The position numbers and the translations under genes were made by a program. Of a stretch of DNA of 64,000 nt, positions 1-9,421 are shown one piece after another. Source of the DNA: an uncultured virus (IMG/VR IMGVR_UViG_3300020203_000420) (Duplodnaviria; Heunggongvirae; Uroviricota; Caudoviricetes); IMG/VR virus record IMGVR_UViG_3300020203_000420. The stretch is one strand, 5' to 3'. The notes below the pieces were generated by a model. The model was not told the origin of the DNA, ran no database searches, and worked only from the letters and a program-made list of their open reading frames with translations. Each line of letters opens with the position of its first letter. Positions within the stretch are counted from its first letter, which is position 1.

Positions 1-1041
1 AAAAACCTTATTATCGGTGGAAATTTTGCTACGAACCCATGGCAACGTGGGACTTCATTTACTGCGTTAGCCAGTAATGCTTATTGCGCCGACAGGTGGC
101 AATGCCAAAGAAATGGCTCAGGCGTTGCGACTTACTCTAGAGCCTCTGATGGCCCAACGGTAGCTCAGTCTGGTTTATACGCACCTAACTGCTTGTCGAT
201 TGCAGTAACTACAGCCCAGGCTAGTGTCGCCGCCGGAGAATTCCACACACTCACCCAGTACCTTGAAGGATATAATTTTTCAAGAATAGCTCAAAGGGCT
301 TTTGTTGTTAGTTTTTGGGTAAAATCTACTGTAACTGGGACTTATTGTGTCAGCGCAAGCAATAATGGCCAGGATAGATCTTTTGTCGGAGAATATACGG
401 TTATTGGTAGTAATACGTGGGAATATAAAACTATTCGTATGTTAGCGAGCCCATCGGCGGGTGGATGGAATTACACTAATAGTAAAGGACTACAATTATT
501 TTTTACTCTGGCGGCGGGAACTACTTTTCACACAACTGCCGGAGCTTGGCAGTCAGGAAATTTTATTGCAACCTCTAACCAGGTTAATGCGCTGAATAGT
601 ATTTCAAATGTATTTAGAATTGCTCACATTCAAATTGAAGCCGGAACCGATCCTACGCAATTTGAGGAGAGAGATCACATTACAGAATTGGGCCTTTGCC
701 AGAGATACTACGAAAAATCTTTTACCATTGATACTGCTCCAGCCAATAATGCGGGGGCGCAAGGAGGGGGATTAACAATAAATGCTGCTGCTGCTGGAGT
801 AAATAATAACATAGCTCACGTAGCCTATAAAGAAAGAAAAAGAGCCACCGCAACAGTATTATTATACAACCCTTCAGCCGGAACCGCTGGTCAATTTTGG
901 AACTCAAACAGAAATGCTGATTGTACCGGAACAAGTTCCTTATACAACGGCGATAACGGATTTGCTCTTTTCGCTACCGGAAACGCAACAAATGCTACGG
1001 GAGATCCCTGGGTAATCCACTGGACTGCTGACGCTGAGTAG
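1..1041 (+). CDS. Putative tail fibre/receptor-binding protein, 5' truncated by window edge; paralog of 2966..4051
   Basis: Frame 1 is open from base 1 (KNLIIGGNFATNPWQRG...), upstream of the ORF-track start at 193; has NLIIGGNF..WQRG, QIEAG..PTQFE and ELxLCQRYYEKS motifs typical of phage tail proteins. Confidence 0.7.
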   Translation, partial: KNLIIGGNFATNPWQRGTSFTALASNAYCADRWQCQRNGSGVATYSRASDGPTVAQSGLYAPNCLSIAVTTAQASVAAGEFHTLTQYLEGYNFSRIAQRAFVVSFWVKSTVTGTYCVSASNNGQDRSFVGEYTVIGSNTWEYKTIRMLASPSAGGWNYTNSKGLQLFFTLAAGTTFHTTAGAWQSGNFIATSNQVNALNSISNVFRIAHIQIEAGTDPTQFEERDHITELGLCQRYYEKSFTIDTAPANNAGAQGGGLTINAAAAGVNNNIAHVAYKERKRATATVLLYNPSAGTAGQFWNSNRNADCTGTSSLYNGDNGFALFATGNATNATGDPWVIHWTADAE

Positions 1042-1117
1042 AATGCAAAACCCTCCAATCGGGATCTTCTTATACTATATAGATTTATAATATAAAAGTA
1101 AAGTGAGCCTCGTCTAA

Positions 1118-2617
1118 ATGTCCCTTCCTCCTAGCGGAACCATACTCGTAAACAAGGTTAACGGATCTAACAACTTCGTGGAGGACATTTTAGATGTCAC
1201 GGATTTAGTTCCCCTCTTACAAGGACAATACGTTACCCTTACAGGCGCTCAGACAGTCTCTGGAGTAAAAACTTTTGCAAGTGCACCAGTCTTAACCGGC
1301 TTAACTGCCAGTAGAGTAGTACTTACAAATTCTGGTAATACTTTAACTTCAGCTACCTTTGGTTCTTCCGAAGTAATTCTAAACACTAGTGACCAAGCTA
1401 TTGGTGGAGTAAAGACTTTTTCAAATGCACCAGTCTTATCCGCGTTAATCGGTAGTAGAGTAGTACTTACAAATCCTGGTAATACTTTAAGTTCAGCTAC
1501 CTTTGGTTCTTCCGAAGTAATTCTAAACACTGGAGCCCAAAGTATTGCTGGAGTAAAGACTTTATCTAGTAACCCTATACTATCAGCAGCTGTATTTGGA
1601 TTTGGATCAGATACCTCAGACGGATCAGATTCAAAGAGACTTCTATTAATCGGTGGTGGTTACGACAGTGCTAATCCCGCTCTTAGGGGTGGGTATCTTG
1701 AATTATTTGGAAACGAAGCTGGTGGAGGTACTCCAGGTTGGGCAACTCTAGCAGGTGGAACTGTAGCAAGTTCTAAAACAAGAGTAATGCATTTAGGAAC
1801 TGGAGATATAGAGATAACAACCTTAGGTGCTGGCCCTATTTTATTATCCACAAATAGCGTAGAGAGATTTAGATTGACACCTACTGGCGATGCTTTATTA
1901 GCTTCTATTAATTTTTATTTAACCGCCGCAACTACTATTATCTCTAAAAATACCTCAGACGGATCTGACAATGGAAGACTTTTAATTCAGGGAGGAGGAG
2001 CAGATTCCACCAACTCAGTTGGAAGAGGATCTTGGATTGATCTTTATGGTAATGAAGCTGGAGGGGGTAATGCCGGTTTACTTTGGCTATCAGCAGGTAA
2101 CGTAGCAGGTGGTGGGGTTAGGTTGTATTCATTTGGAACTCAACCAACTGAAATTTGGGTATCGAATCAAAGAAGGTGGAGAATAGACAACTCGGGTTCA
2201 GAGTTTAGAGAGGTTCTTACAACTTATGGAACTAGTTCATACACCACTGGAACTGGACACGTAAGACAAGCTGTCGTTGTTAATACAACTAACGCTACAA
2301 CAACCAACATTTTTAACTTTGCACTTGCAGATAATACTGCCTATAAATTTACCGTAGAGATTGTCGGCAGATTCAATAGTACAACCGCAAGAGGTATTTC
2401 CGGCCAACTAAGGTTCGGAGTTTACAGAAACAATGCAGGCTCGGCTGTCTTAGTAGGAACTAGAATAAAAGAGTTCGATACGTGGGGATCATCAGAGTAT
2501 GATTTTGACGTAGTTGTTGCAGGAAACAACGTACAGATTCAAGTAACTGGAGCTGTTTCCTCTACAGTATCATGGATGGGAGAAATTGAATACATAGGAG
2601 TTTCAACGTCAACATAA
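1118..2617 (+). CDS. Tail fibre protein with internal repeats
   Basis: Q-x-I/V-x-GVKTF fibre repeats, Gly/Ser/Thr-rich, followed directly by a tail assembly chaperone. Confidence 0.75.
   Translation: MSLPPSGTILVNKVNGSNNFVEDILDVTDLVPLLQGQYVTLTGAQTVSGVKTFASAPVLTGLTASRVVLTNSGNTLTSATFGSSEVILNTSDQAIGGVKTFSNAPVLSALIGSRVVLTNPGNTLSSATFGSSEVILNTGAQSIAGVKTLSSNPILSAAVFGFGSDTSDGSDSKRLLLIGGGYDSANPALRGGYLELFGNEAGGGTPGWATLAGGTVASSKTRVMHLGTGDIEITTLGAGPILLSTNSVERFRLTPTGDALLASINFYLTAATTIISKNTSDGSDNGRLLIQGGGADSTNSVGRGSWIDLYGNEAGGGNAGLLWLSAGNVAGGGVRLYSFGTQPTEIWVSNQRRWRIDNSGSEFREVLTTYGTSSYTTGTGHVRQAVVVNTTNATTTNIFNFALADNTAYKFTVEIVGRFNSTTARGISGQLRFGVYRNNAGSAVLVGTRIKEFDTWGSSEYDFDVVVAGNNVQIQVTGAVSSTVSWMGEIEYIGVSTST
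1262..1563 (+). repeat. 144-bp (48-aa) imperfect tandem repeat, about 2.1 copies
   Basis: ggagtaaa(a/g)acttt recurs at 1262, 1406 and 1550; long identical stretches such as ttcagctacctttggttcttccgaagtaattctaaacact. Confidence 0.95.
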
Positions 2618-2623
2618 TTTTTT

Positions 2624-2962
2624 ATGGCATACAAAATAACCAATACCAATAGTATAATTAGACTAGCTGACAGTGCTCTTATTCCGATGGATGAAAATAA
2701 TCGTGACTATAGGGAGTACCTTCTTTGGGTTGCTGATGGAAACATTTCAACCGCAGCCGATCCTGAGTTTAAATATACTTGGGCAGGAATAAGGCAGATA
2801 AGAAATCAACTATTAGTAAACTCAGATTGGACACAAGTGGGAGATGCCCCATTAAACGCATTAAAAAAACAAAACTGGGCCGACTATAGAACTCAATTGA
2901 GAAGTATACCTCAAACTTTTCTAACCGTGAGTGGAGTAGTTTGGCCAACGGAGCCCGCATAA
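2624..2962 (+). CDS. Phage tail fibre assembly chaperone
   Basis: RNQLLxxSDWTQxxDAPL...WxxYRxxLRxIP...WP motif. Confidence 0.85.
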   Translation: MAYKITNTNSIIRLADSALIPMDENNRDYREYLLWVADGNISTAADPEFKYTWAGIRQIRNQLLVNSDWTQVGDAPLNALKKQNWADYRTQLRSIPQTFLTVSGVVWPTEPA

Positions 2963-2965
2963 ATT

Positions 2966-4051
2966 ATGGCAACAATACAAGGTCTAACAAACTTCGACAA
3001 CACCTTCAGGAATTTAATTATTGGTGGAAATTTTTCTACTAACCCATGGCAACGAGGTACAGAGTTTCCTAGTTTACTGAATAACCAATATTCTGCCGAC
3101 CGCTGGAAATGCCAAAGAGAAGGGATTGGGTCTTGCACTTTCAGGAAAAGCCTAGACGTACCTACAGTACTACAGGCAAAAACTTTCATCTATAATTCCC
3201 TAGAGATAGAGGTTGTAGACGCAGATGTCTCGCCTGCACCTTCCCATTATATGAGTGTTACTCAAGTTATTGAAGGCTATAATTTTACAAGAATAGCTCA
3301 AAAACCATTCGTATGTTCTTTTTGGGTTAAAGCTGCAATGTCTGGAACATACTGTATTGCTCTTAAAAATGACGCAAATGATATTACTTTTGTGGGAGCG
3401 TATATAGTAAACAACCGAAATACTTGGGAAAAGAAAACAGTTAAGGTTCCACCTAGTCCAGATACAGGAAGTTGGAACTATGAACAAGGTACAGGTCTAT
3501 CGGTTATTTTTACTCTAATGACGGGATCGGATTACATGACAAACAGCTCACAACAATGGACAAGCGGAAACTTCTTGAGTACACCAGCTCAAGCTAACCT
3601 CATGGATAGTACAGGCCTACGATTTAAACTTGCAAACATTCAGATAGAGGCTGGGGTAGATGCCACACAATTTGAAGACAGAGATTATGGTACAGAATTG
3701 AATCTTTGCCAGAGATACTACGAAAAGTCTTTTGAAGCACTCGTGGCTCCGCAAAACGCGGCAGGAACAATTTCCACAGCCGCATTAAACTGCTCAACAA
3801 AAGACTCAGAGCTGAATCATAGTGGTGTGACCTTTAAACAAAGAAAAAGAACTAGCGTCCCCTCTATCCTATTTTACAACCCCGTTAAAAATAACGATTC
3901 GGCTCACAATATTACAAAAGGAGAAGATTGTGGTAGAACACTACTGGATCAAAATGGTGATACTCAAATTGTTGTAAGCATAGTCTCATCTCCTTCTGCC
4001 ATTGCTGGAGACTTATTAGGATACCATTGGACTGCTGACGCAGACTTCTAG
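2966..4051 (+). CDS. Putative tail fibre/receptor-binding protein; paralog of 1..1041
   Basis: Colinear with the first ORF from RNLIIGGNF to HWTADA. Confidence 0.7.
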   Translation: MATIQGLTNFDNTFRNLIIGGNFSTNPWQRGTEFPSLLNNQYSADRWKCQREGIGSCTFRKSLDVPTVLQAKTFIYNSLEIEVVDADVSPAPSHYMSVTQVIEGYNFTRIAQKPFVCSFWVKAAMSGTYCIALKNDANDITFVGAYIVNNRNTWEKKTVKVPPSPDTGSWNYEQGTGLSVIFTLMTGSDYMTNSSQQWTSGNFLSTPAQANLMDSTGLRFKLANIQIEAGVDATQFEDRDYGTELNLCQRYYEKSFEALVAPQNAAGTISTAALNCSTKDSELNHSGVTFKQRKRTSVPSILFYNPVKNNDSAHNITKGEDCGRTLLDQNGDTQIVVSIVSSPSAIAGDLLGYHWTADADF

Positions 4052-4084
4052 TAAATATATTTAAAGTTATTCTAAAATCGTACT

Positions 4085-5476
4085 ATGGTACATATAATGG
4101 CAAAGGTATTAAAATACATAATTTTAGTAGTTCTATTTGTAACCCTTTTCTCTACATTTGAATTTAATAGTGGTACTCACTACAATGAAGTTTCCTCACC
4201 AATAGAGTTTGCAGACGCAAGTAATAGAGACTCAGTAGTAGGTATGGGGGCCTTTGGAGTTTTACATCCTAAATTCCCAATATCTCAAATGATTAAAATA
4301 TTAAAAAGAGTTAAACATAAGAATGTTGCAATTTCTTTTCCATACGGTACTTTTGGTTCTAGCCCTATTAATTATAATAGAATAGCCCAAGAAATGAAAA
4401 CTCAAGGAAAACAATTACATACAGTAATATACGGAATTTGTGGTCCTTGCAGGAAGCCTAGAAGAAGTGGACAGCTAGAGATATTTTACCCTAAACTAAC
4501 TATTAAGCAATTAAATTCTGCTTTAGTTAGATCAGAAGCTGTAAGAGAGGATTACCGTAACCTAATCAGCAAAATTAAAACAGACTTTATTGACCCCTAC
4601 CCAGATCAGACTTTTGATTTTTTTCCAGAATTAGAGGACAGTCTAACGGACACTACAGCAGGTATTTTATATAATATAGCTAGTGAGGTGTTTGCAGAAA
4701 ACCCAAACGTAAGGATAGTTCAAAATCCACTCGTCGGAGTAAGAAGATTTAATTTAGCGATAGAGTACCATAATACCTCCCCTATAACCCCTTTAAGCTT
4801 GAGACAGTTAGACTCTATAAACTTTGATGGAGACCCTTTTAACTTTAAAAAAGAAAAAAAGTCTGAAGCAGCTAGTTTTGACTCTATTAAAAAATTAGTG
4901 GCACTATCTCATAACCGAAGAGTAGATATATACCTTTGGAGAGGTGAGTGGCAAGGAATACCTAACTCAGCTAAGGTAGTTAACAGTGGAAGAGATAGAC
5001 CCTACAAGATTATAAATGATAGTGAAATAGTAGAACTATTAAATGTCAGGTCAAGAACTAGAGTACCCCTAAAGGCTTCTCCAGTCATACTACCTAATCC
5101 TAGTACCTTTAACTGCAAAATAGTCAATCGAGATTATCCATTTCTATATAAACCCGAATCAGATCATAGTGGCCCACCTAGAGAAGATAGGCCTATGAGT
5201 ATTTTCCCTAAGAGAAAGCCTTCAGGAAGTTTAGTACCAATATTAAATGCATTAGGAGAAGAGATAGGGTTTATGAAAGAGTTTCCAGGAGACGAGTCAC
5301 TGTACGGTAGAAGATTCTACGTAGGTACAGGAAGCGGGCAATCTCCAAGAGCGTTAGCAGAGAAGGCTATAAAAACCTCAGGAATATCTGGAGATATTTA
5401 TCTAAAGGTTGGAAAGGGTATATGCGTAGGTCCAATATCTGCCACAGTTAGAGTTGACGCTAGGACTCCTCGCTAG
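4085..5476 (+). CDS. Hypothetical exported or membrane-anchored protein (start may be 4097)
   Basis: 463-aa ORF, N-terminal basic residues then hydrophobic YIILVVLFVTLFSTF. Confidence 0.6.
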   Translation: MVHIMAKVLKYIILVVLFVTLFSTFEFNSGTHYNEVSSPIEFADASNRDSVVGMGAFGVLHPKFPISQMIKILKRVKHKNVAISFPYGTFGSSPINYNRIAQEMKTQGKQLHTVIYGICGPCRKPRRSGQLEIFYPKLTIKQLNSALVRSEAVREDYRNLISKIKTDFIDPYPDQTFDFFPELEDSLTDTTAGILYNIASEVFAENPNVRIVQNPLVGVRRFNLAIEYHNTSPITPLSLRQLDSINFDGDPFNFKKEKKSEAASFDSIKKLVALSHNRRVDIYLWRGEWQGIPNSAKVVNSGRDRPYKIINDSEIVELLNVRSRTRVPLKASPVILPNPSTFNCKIVNRDYPFLYKPESDHSGPPREDRPMSIFPKRKPSGSLVPILNALGEEIGFMKEFPGDESLYGRRFYVGTGSGQSPRALAEKAIKTSGISGDIYLKVGKGICVGPISATVRVDARTPR

Positions 5477-5482
5477 GATTCC

Positions 5483-5971
5483 TTAAAACACTCTTCTAGG
5501 GGTCCATTGTAATGTTATCTGATTTTCTTTTTCAGAAACTTGAACTTCAGAAGTAACATCCACATCATTTACAGATAGTTTTAAAGTATTCAAGTCTATA
5601 AAAGATGCAGGGAATGGATCTTTTAGTTGTATAAAAACGTCTCTATTTATATCTACCTGTTCGTTATTTCTTGGAGTCATGTCTATTATCATAGGTTGAT
5701 AAACGTCAGATTCTAAAACTCCCCAATCTATCTGAGATGCAATAAAGGTAAGTTCTTTCTGGACCTCTTTTTTAAAATCTTCTTCCGTTAGGGTATTAAC
5801 ATACACAGTATCAATCCTAGTACCATCAGGTTTTCTAGCTCCAGTACTTAAACTGGCTATATATACTAACTCACCATCATTGGTGTTAGTTATATCTATC
5901 TGCTCTAAAGTCAAAGTAACAGGAACTCTCTTTCCGTTAGGATTTTTAGCGTTGAATAGGTTGATTTGCAT
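5483..5971 (-). CDS. Hypothetical protein with possible C-terminal Ig-like domain
   Basis: 162-aa ORF; P.IIDMTP...IDLNTLKLSVNDVDVT...LQWTP resembles an Ig-like beta sandwich. Confidence 0.5.
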   Translation of the reverse strand: MQINLFNAKNPNGKRVPVTLTLEQIDITNTNDGELVYIASLSTGARKPDGTRIDTVYVNTLTEEDFKKEVQKELTFIASQIDWGVLESDVYQPMIIDMTPRNNEQVDINRDVFIQLKDPFPASFIDLNTLKLSVNDVDVTSEVQVSEKENQITLQWTPRRVF

Positions 5972-6192
5972 TAGTAGTTTATGCCTTGAGCTTTAATCAG
6001 TTTACTACAGAAACTACAGGGAGGTATCTTTCCTTCAATAACGTCCTTACTGACGGTCATTATTACGTAAGAGTGGGTATCCTCTAACTTTCTTACGATG
6101 CAGTTGCAGTTATAGCATCTAAATACTGTTGGAACTAAGTTCTCGGGATCTTTTAATCGCACCCCGCCCTGGCTTTTTTCTAATTTTATCAT
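5971..6192 (-). CDS. Small zinc-finger protein
   Basis: CYNC and CSFC pairs; overlaps both neighbours. Confidence 0.55.
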   Translation of the reverse strand: MIKLEKSQGGVRLKDPENLVPTVFRCYNCNCIVRKLEDTHSYVIMTVSKDVIEGKIPPCSFCSKLIKAQGINY

Positions 6193-7316
6193 ACTTGCTG
6201 TAGGCTATTTACAAATCTCTTAGCCATGTTGTCCCAAGTAAATTCAGATTTAATACTCGTATTATCAAACTTATTCAAAACTTCTGCATAGTTATAATAG
6301 CAGTATTTCATTTTCTCGCTAATTTCATTTACATCTGGGAGAGCCCAATTACCTCTATCTCCATGAAAATATTGACCATCTACGGCAGGAACCATAGTTA
6401 GTTTATTTAGTAATAAATCTGGATTATATCCAAACTTAGAGTTTAGATATTCAGTGTGGGCAGAATAGTTCGTAGCAATACACGGAAGACCAGATTGAAT
6501 GGCCTCCATAAGTGGAAGATTCCAGCCTTCAGCTTTAGCCGGAAATACACCCACGTGTGCGTGTCTAAATAATTTAAAAATATCCTCTTCAAACACTCTA
6601 TTAGTAATTACTTGAACTACAGAGGAACCCTTAATTGCACATATATTATTTGGCTGACTTGAAGGAACCACAGAGAGGCCTAACTGTTTTAAAATAGAAA
6701 TTATATTCGCAGTAAAGTTACGGTCAAACGGGTTATGAATGTGACAGATTAACTGAGTATCTTCTTTAGTTTCCGAGAAAGCGTTTATATAAGCTTGAAT
6801 AGTTTCGACTGGGGATTTTCTAGCCTCATACTTACCCATAGCTAGAAAAGTAAAGCTCTTCGCTTTTTTGACCTTTTCAGTATTCTCATTAACTATGACG
6901 TTGGCTGCGGCTGGAACTGAAAATACCTTTTTCTGACTTGGTATATTATCTCGAACTACCTGAGCAGCCCACTCACTTAGAGTAAAAACCGCGTCCATCT
7001 GAGATAGATAACTGATAGCTAAGGGATTAAACTTAGTGGTTTCAAAGATAGGGAAAGCGACTAGTTTACTTCCACTAAAGCGGGCTAAGTCAAACTCGTG
7101 CCAAATTGCCACACCAGGGGCCGATTTATTCCAACGAGAGTTTTGACTAAAAGTAATCAAATCCTGCTGTTCCTGTTTATCTTCTAAATCTGGATTACCT
7201 ATAGGAGAAAGAAAGAAATTACCTGCACCTATAGACTGTAATCCCTTGATCAATCCTCTAGAGAGTCTTCCGTACCCTAAATCATTGAGAGGGACATATA
7301 AATTAAAATTACTCAT
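6189..7316 (-). CDS. GT4-family (GT-B fold) glycosyltransferase
   Basis: GKYEARK and intact E-x7-E motif EGWNLPLMEA followed by GLPCIATNYS. Confidence 0.9.
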   Translation of the reverse strand: MSNFNLYVPLNDLGYGRLSRGLIKGLQSIGAGNFFLSPIGNPDLEDKQEQQDLITFSQNSRWNKSAPGVAIWHEFDLARFSGSKLVAFPIFETTKFNPLAISYLSQMDAVFTLSEWAAQVVRDNIPSQKKVFSVPAAANVIVNENTEKVKKAKSFTFLAMGKYEARKSPVETIQAYINAFSETKEDTQLICHIHNPFDRNFTANIISILKQLGLSVVPSSQPNNICAIKGSSVVQVITNRVFEEDIFKLFRHAHVGVFPAKAEGWNLPLMEAIQSGLPCIATNYSAHTEYLNSKFGYNPDLLLNKLTMVPAVDGQYFHGDRGNWALPDVNEISEKMKYCYYNYAEVLNKFDNTSIKSEFTWDNMAKRFVNSLQQV

Positions 7317-8208
7317 GAATTACATTTCCAATTATTACTTTACTTTCTTTAAAATCTAAGTTAAAACAGTGAGTTATAGTGCCCTGCACGTAACACTCTC
7401 CCGTTTCACAAGATAACACACTAGCGGTAGGAGGATCAACTTGATCTAGTATTATTCCTATCTTACTGTAATTATTAATTATTATAAAATCTACTCCCAA
7501 AGTCAACAAGGCTGAATAGTCAACATACTTAAACCTAGTATGAATACCTTTTTCTGATAAAGCTTCGTATAAATCTTGTCCAAACTCTAAGTTGTTATCT
7601 CGTAGTATTACTAGCATATCGATTCTGTCTTTAAATTCGTTTAAAATAAGACTATAGATTTTTTCTAATCCAACAACTTCTAGCTTCTCCGCCCCCTGAG
7701 TCTCGACTAAGGTGTCTATAAGAAAAATATTCTCATAATGAGCAAAATTAAAACCAATACAATCTCCAGCCTTAACTAAGTCTAACTCTTTTTCCCGCGC
7801 AGGAACCTCCAAAGAGTAGCTTAACTTTTGTAGAACCCTCGGAGTAGGTAACTTAGTTAAAGTCAATCTTCCCTCAAAGCAGGTCCTGATTAAAGAGCAG
7901 TGGCATAGGGTTCTTAGAAGTTCTTCAAATATAGTATCCTCTTCGGCTTTCGTGGAGATAAATTTAACCCATATAGAAAAAGATAAACCATCTAACTTCT
8001 TCTTTAAAGACTTATCTGAGTTTAAATCAATAAAGTCTTTTTTAGACTCCAGAAGGCTTTTAACTCCAGTTTGGTCTACAGTTAGACCCTTCTTTGGTAA
8101 AAAGGACACCTTAACCCTAAAACTCAAATCAAATAAGAATTTAACTAAGTAGATCAAAAGACCTAAAGATATTAAGATAAAGACTGATAGTATTACATGT
8201 AAAGACAT
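7309..8208 (-). CDS. Hypothetical membrane-anchored protein
   Basis: 299-aa ORF with N-terminal transmembrane stretch. Confidence 0.6.
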   Translation of the reverse strand: MSLHVILSVFILISLGLLIYLVKFLFDLSFRVKVSFLPKKGLTVDQTGVKSLLESKKDFIDLNSDKSLKKKLDGLSFSIWVKFISTKAEEDTIFEELLRTLCHCSLIRTCFEGRLTLTKLPTPRVLQKLSYSLEVPAREKELDLVKAGDCIGFNFAHYENIFLIDTLVETQGAEKLEVVGLEKIYSLILNEFKDRIDMLVILRDNNLEFGQDLYEALSEKGIHTRFKYVDYSALLTLGVDFIIINNYSKIGIILDQVDPPTASVLSCETGECYVQGTITHCFNLDFKESKVIIGNVIHE

Positions 8209-8214
8209 TTCTTT

Positions 8215-8243
8215 AGTATATTTAACTTCTATATTTAAGTCAA
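8215..8243 (-). promoter_or_regulatory. Sigma70-type promoter, predicted leaderless
   Basis: TTGACT-17nt-TATACT-6nt-ATG(8208) on the minus strand. Confidence 0.75.
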
Positions 8244-8247
8244 CTAC

Positions 8248-8276
8248 TTGCTATGTTATTTAAAATTGTCTATAGT
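8248..8276 (+). promoter_or_regulatory. Sigma70-type promoter for clpP, predicted leaderless
   Basis: TTGCTA-17nt-TATAGT-6nt-ATG(8283). Confidence 0.7.
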
Positions 8277-8282
8277 TAAAGA

Positions 8283-8876
8283 ATGAAGAAGACCTCACTA
8301 CCTTTTGTAATTGAAACTCGCGGGGATAAGGAAAGAGTTTACGATGTATACTCTCGATTATTAGAAGATAGAATCATATTCTTAACTGGTGAAATCAATG
8401 ATAAAAGTGCAGATGCCGTAGTAGCCCAGCTACTTCTATTGAACCAGAAAGATAAGAAGAAAGATATATACCTTTATATAAACTCAGGAGGGGGATCTGT
8501 AATAGATGGATTAGCTATTTATGATACAATTCAACATATTGATGCAGATGTGGTAACTGTATGTATGGGACAAGCAGCCTCCATGGCAGCAATTCTTTTA
8601 GCATCGGGCGCTCCAGGTAAGAGGCAAGCTCTGCCCAGCTCTAGGGTAATGATACACCAAAGTAGAGTAACTTATCAAAATGTAACGATAACCCATACCG
8701 AACAGAAAATAGACTTAAAAGAGAACGAAAGGCTTGAAGCCGTGTGTAATGCTATTCTAGCCAAGCATACAAAGCAGTCAGATAAAAAGATAAAAAAAGA
8801 CTGTGAAGTAGATAGGTGGTTCGACCCTGAAGCCGCTAAAAAATATGGCTTAATCGACGAAATTATTATTAAGTAA
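8283..8876 (+). CDS. clpP: Clp protease proteolytic subunit
   Basis: DVYSRLLEDRIIFL, YINSGGGSV, AASMAA (Ser), MIHQ (His), DRWF (Asp), YGLID. Confidence 0.97.
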   Translation: MKKTSLPFVIETRGDKERVYDVYSRLLEDRIIFLTGEINDKSADAVVAQLLLLNQKDKKKDIYLYINSGGGSVIDGLAIYDTIQHIDADVVTVCMGQAASMAAILLASGAPGKRQALPSSRVMIHQSRVTYQNVTITHTEQKIDLKENERLEAVCNAILAKHTKQSDKKIKKDCEVDRWFDPEAAKKYGLIDEIIIK

Positions 8877-8914
8877 CTCCCCGCAACTAAGATACTATTT
8901 AAATAATAGAGAAA

Positions 8915-9421
8915 ATGAAAAAGAAATCTTTTAAAATAAAAAAGAGCTTTACTAACCTGCTCGACTTAGCTATATCCTTTTTAGAAGAGATTAAGCTAAA
9001 AATAGCCCCCACCCGAGCTGATAACCCAGACTTAGCAAAATCAATGATTACAGAAAACTTTCCCTACGATTTAGTAGTCCTTGCAGACTTCATCAATAAC
9101 CCCTCAATTCTACCCGTAAATGAGTCCTACTCCTCAGTTGGAACTGTTATAGGAATGAGGGGAGGGTCAGAAGACCCTTCGGCAGAGCTTAAGGTTTGTT
9201 TTTTTAGCATTGCCGACTTGGAGCTGTCTTACTCTAAGTGGTTTAAAAAAGAAGAACTATTCATAATAGATAGACCACTGGCCCAACTCCAAAAGAATTG
9301 GTCACAAGCCGCTGAAATACTAAAATCTCTTGAAACTACCCCAAGAGTCGCACCAGATCCTACTCCAACTAAAAAAGATCCTGAAGGAGGTTCGGGCAAT
9401 GGAGGCCCGACAATACACTAA
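8915..9421 (+). CDS. Hypothetical protein
   Basis: 168-aa ORF, stop overlaps next start (TAATG). Confidence 0.6.
   Translation: MKKKSFKIKKSFTNLLDLAISFLEEIKLKIAPTRADNPDLAKSMITENFPYDLVVLADFINNPSILPVNESYSSVGTVIGMRGGSEDPSAELKVCFFSIADLELSYSKWFKKEELFIIDRPLAQLQKNWSQAAEILKSLETTPRVAPDPTPTKKDPEGGSGNGGPTIH

Noticed and set aside
1..4051. Diversity-generating retroelement TR/VR pair in the duplicated tail genes
   Set aside because: Differences are not adenine-specific, both copies are full genes, and no reverse transcriptase is in the window
5954..5971. N-terminal MQINLF as a clamp-binding motif
   Set aside because: Protein looks Ig-like and sits in a glycosyltransferase operon; a five-residue match is likely by chance
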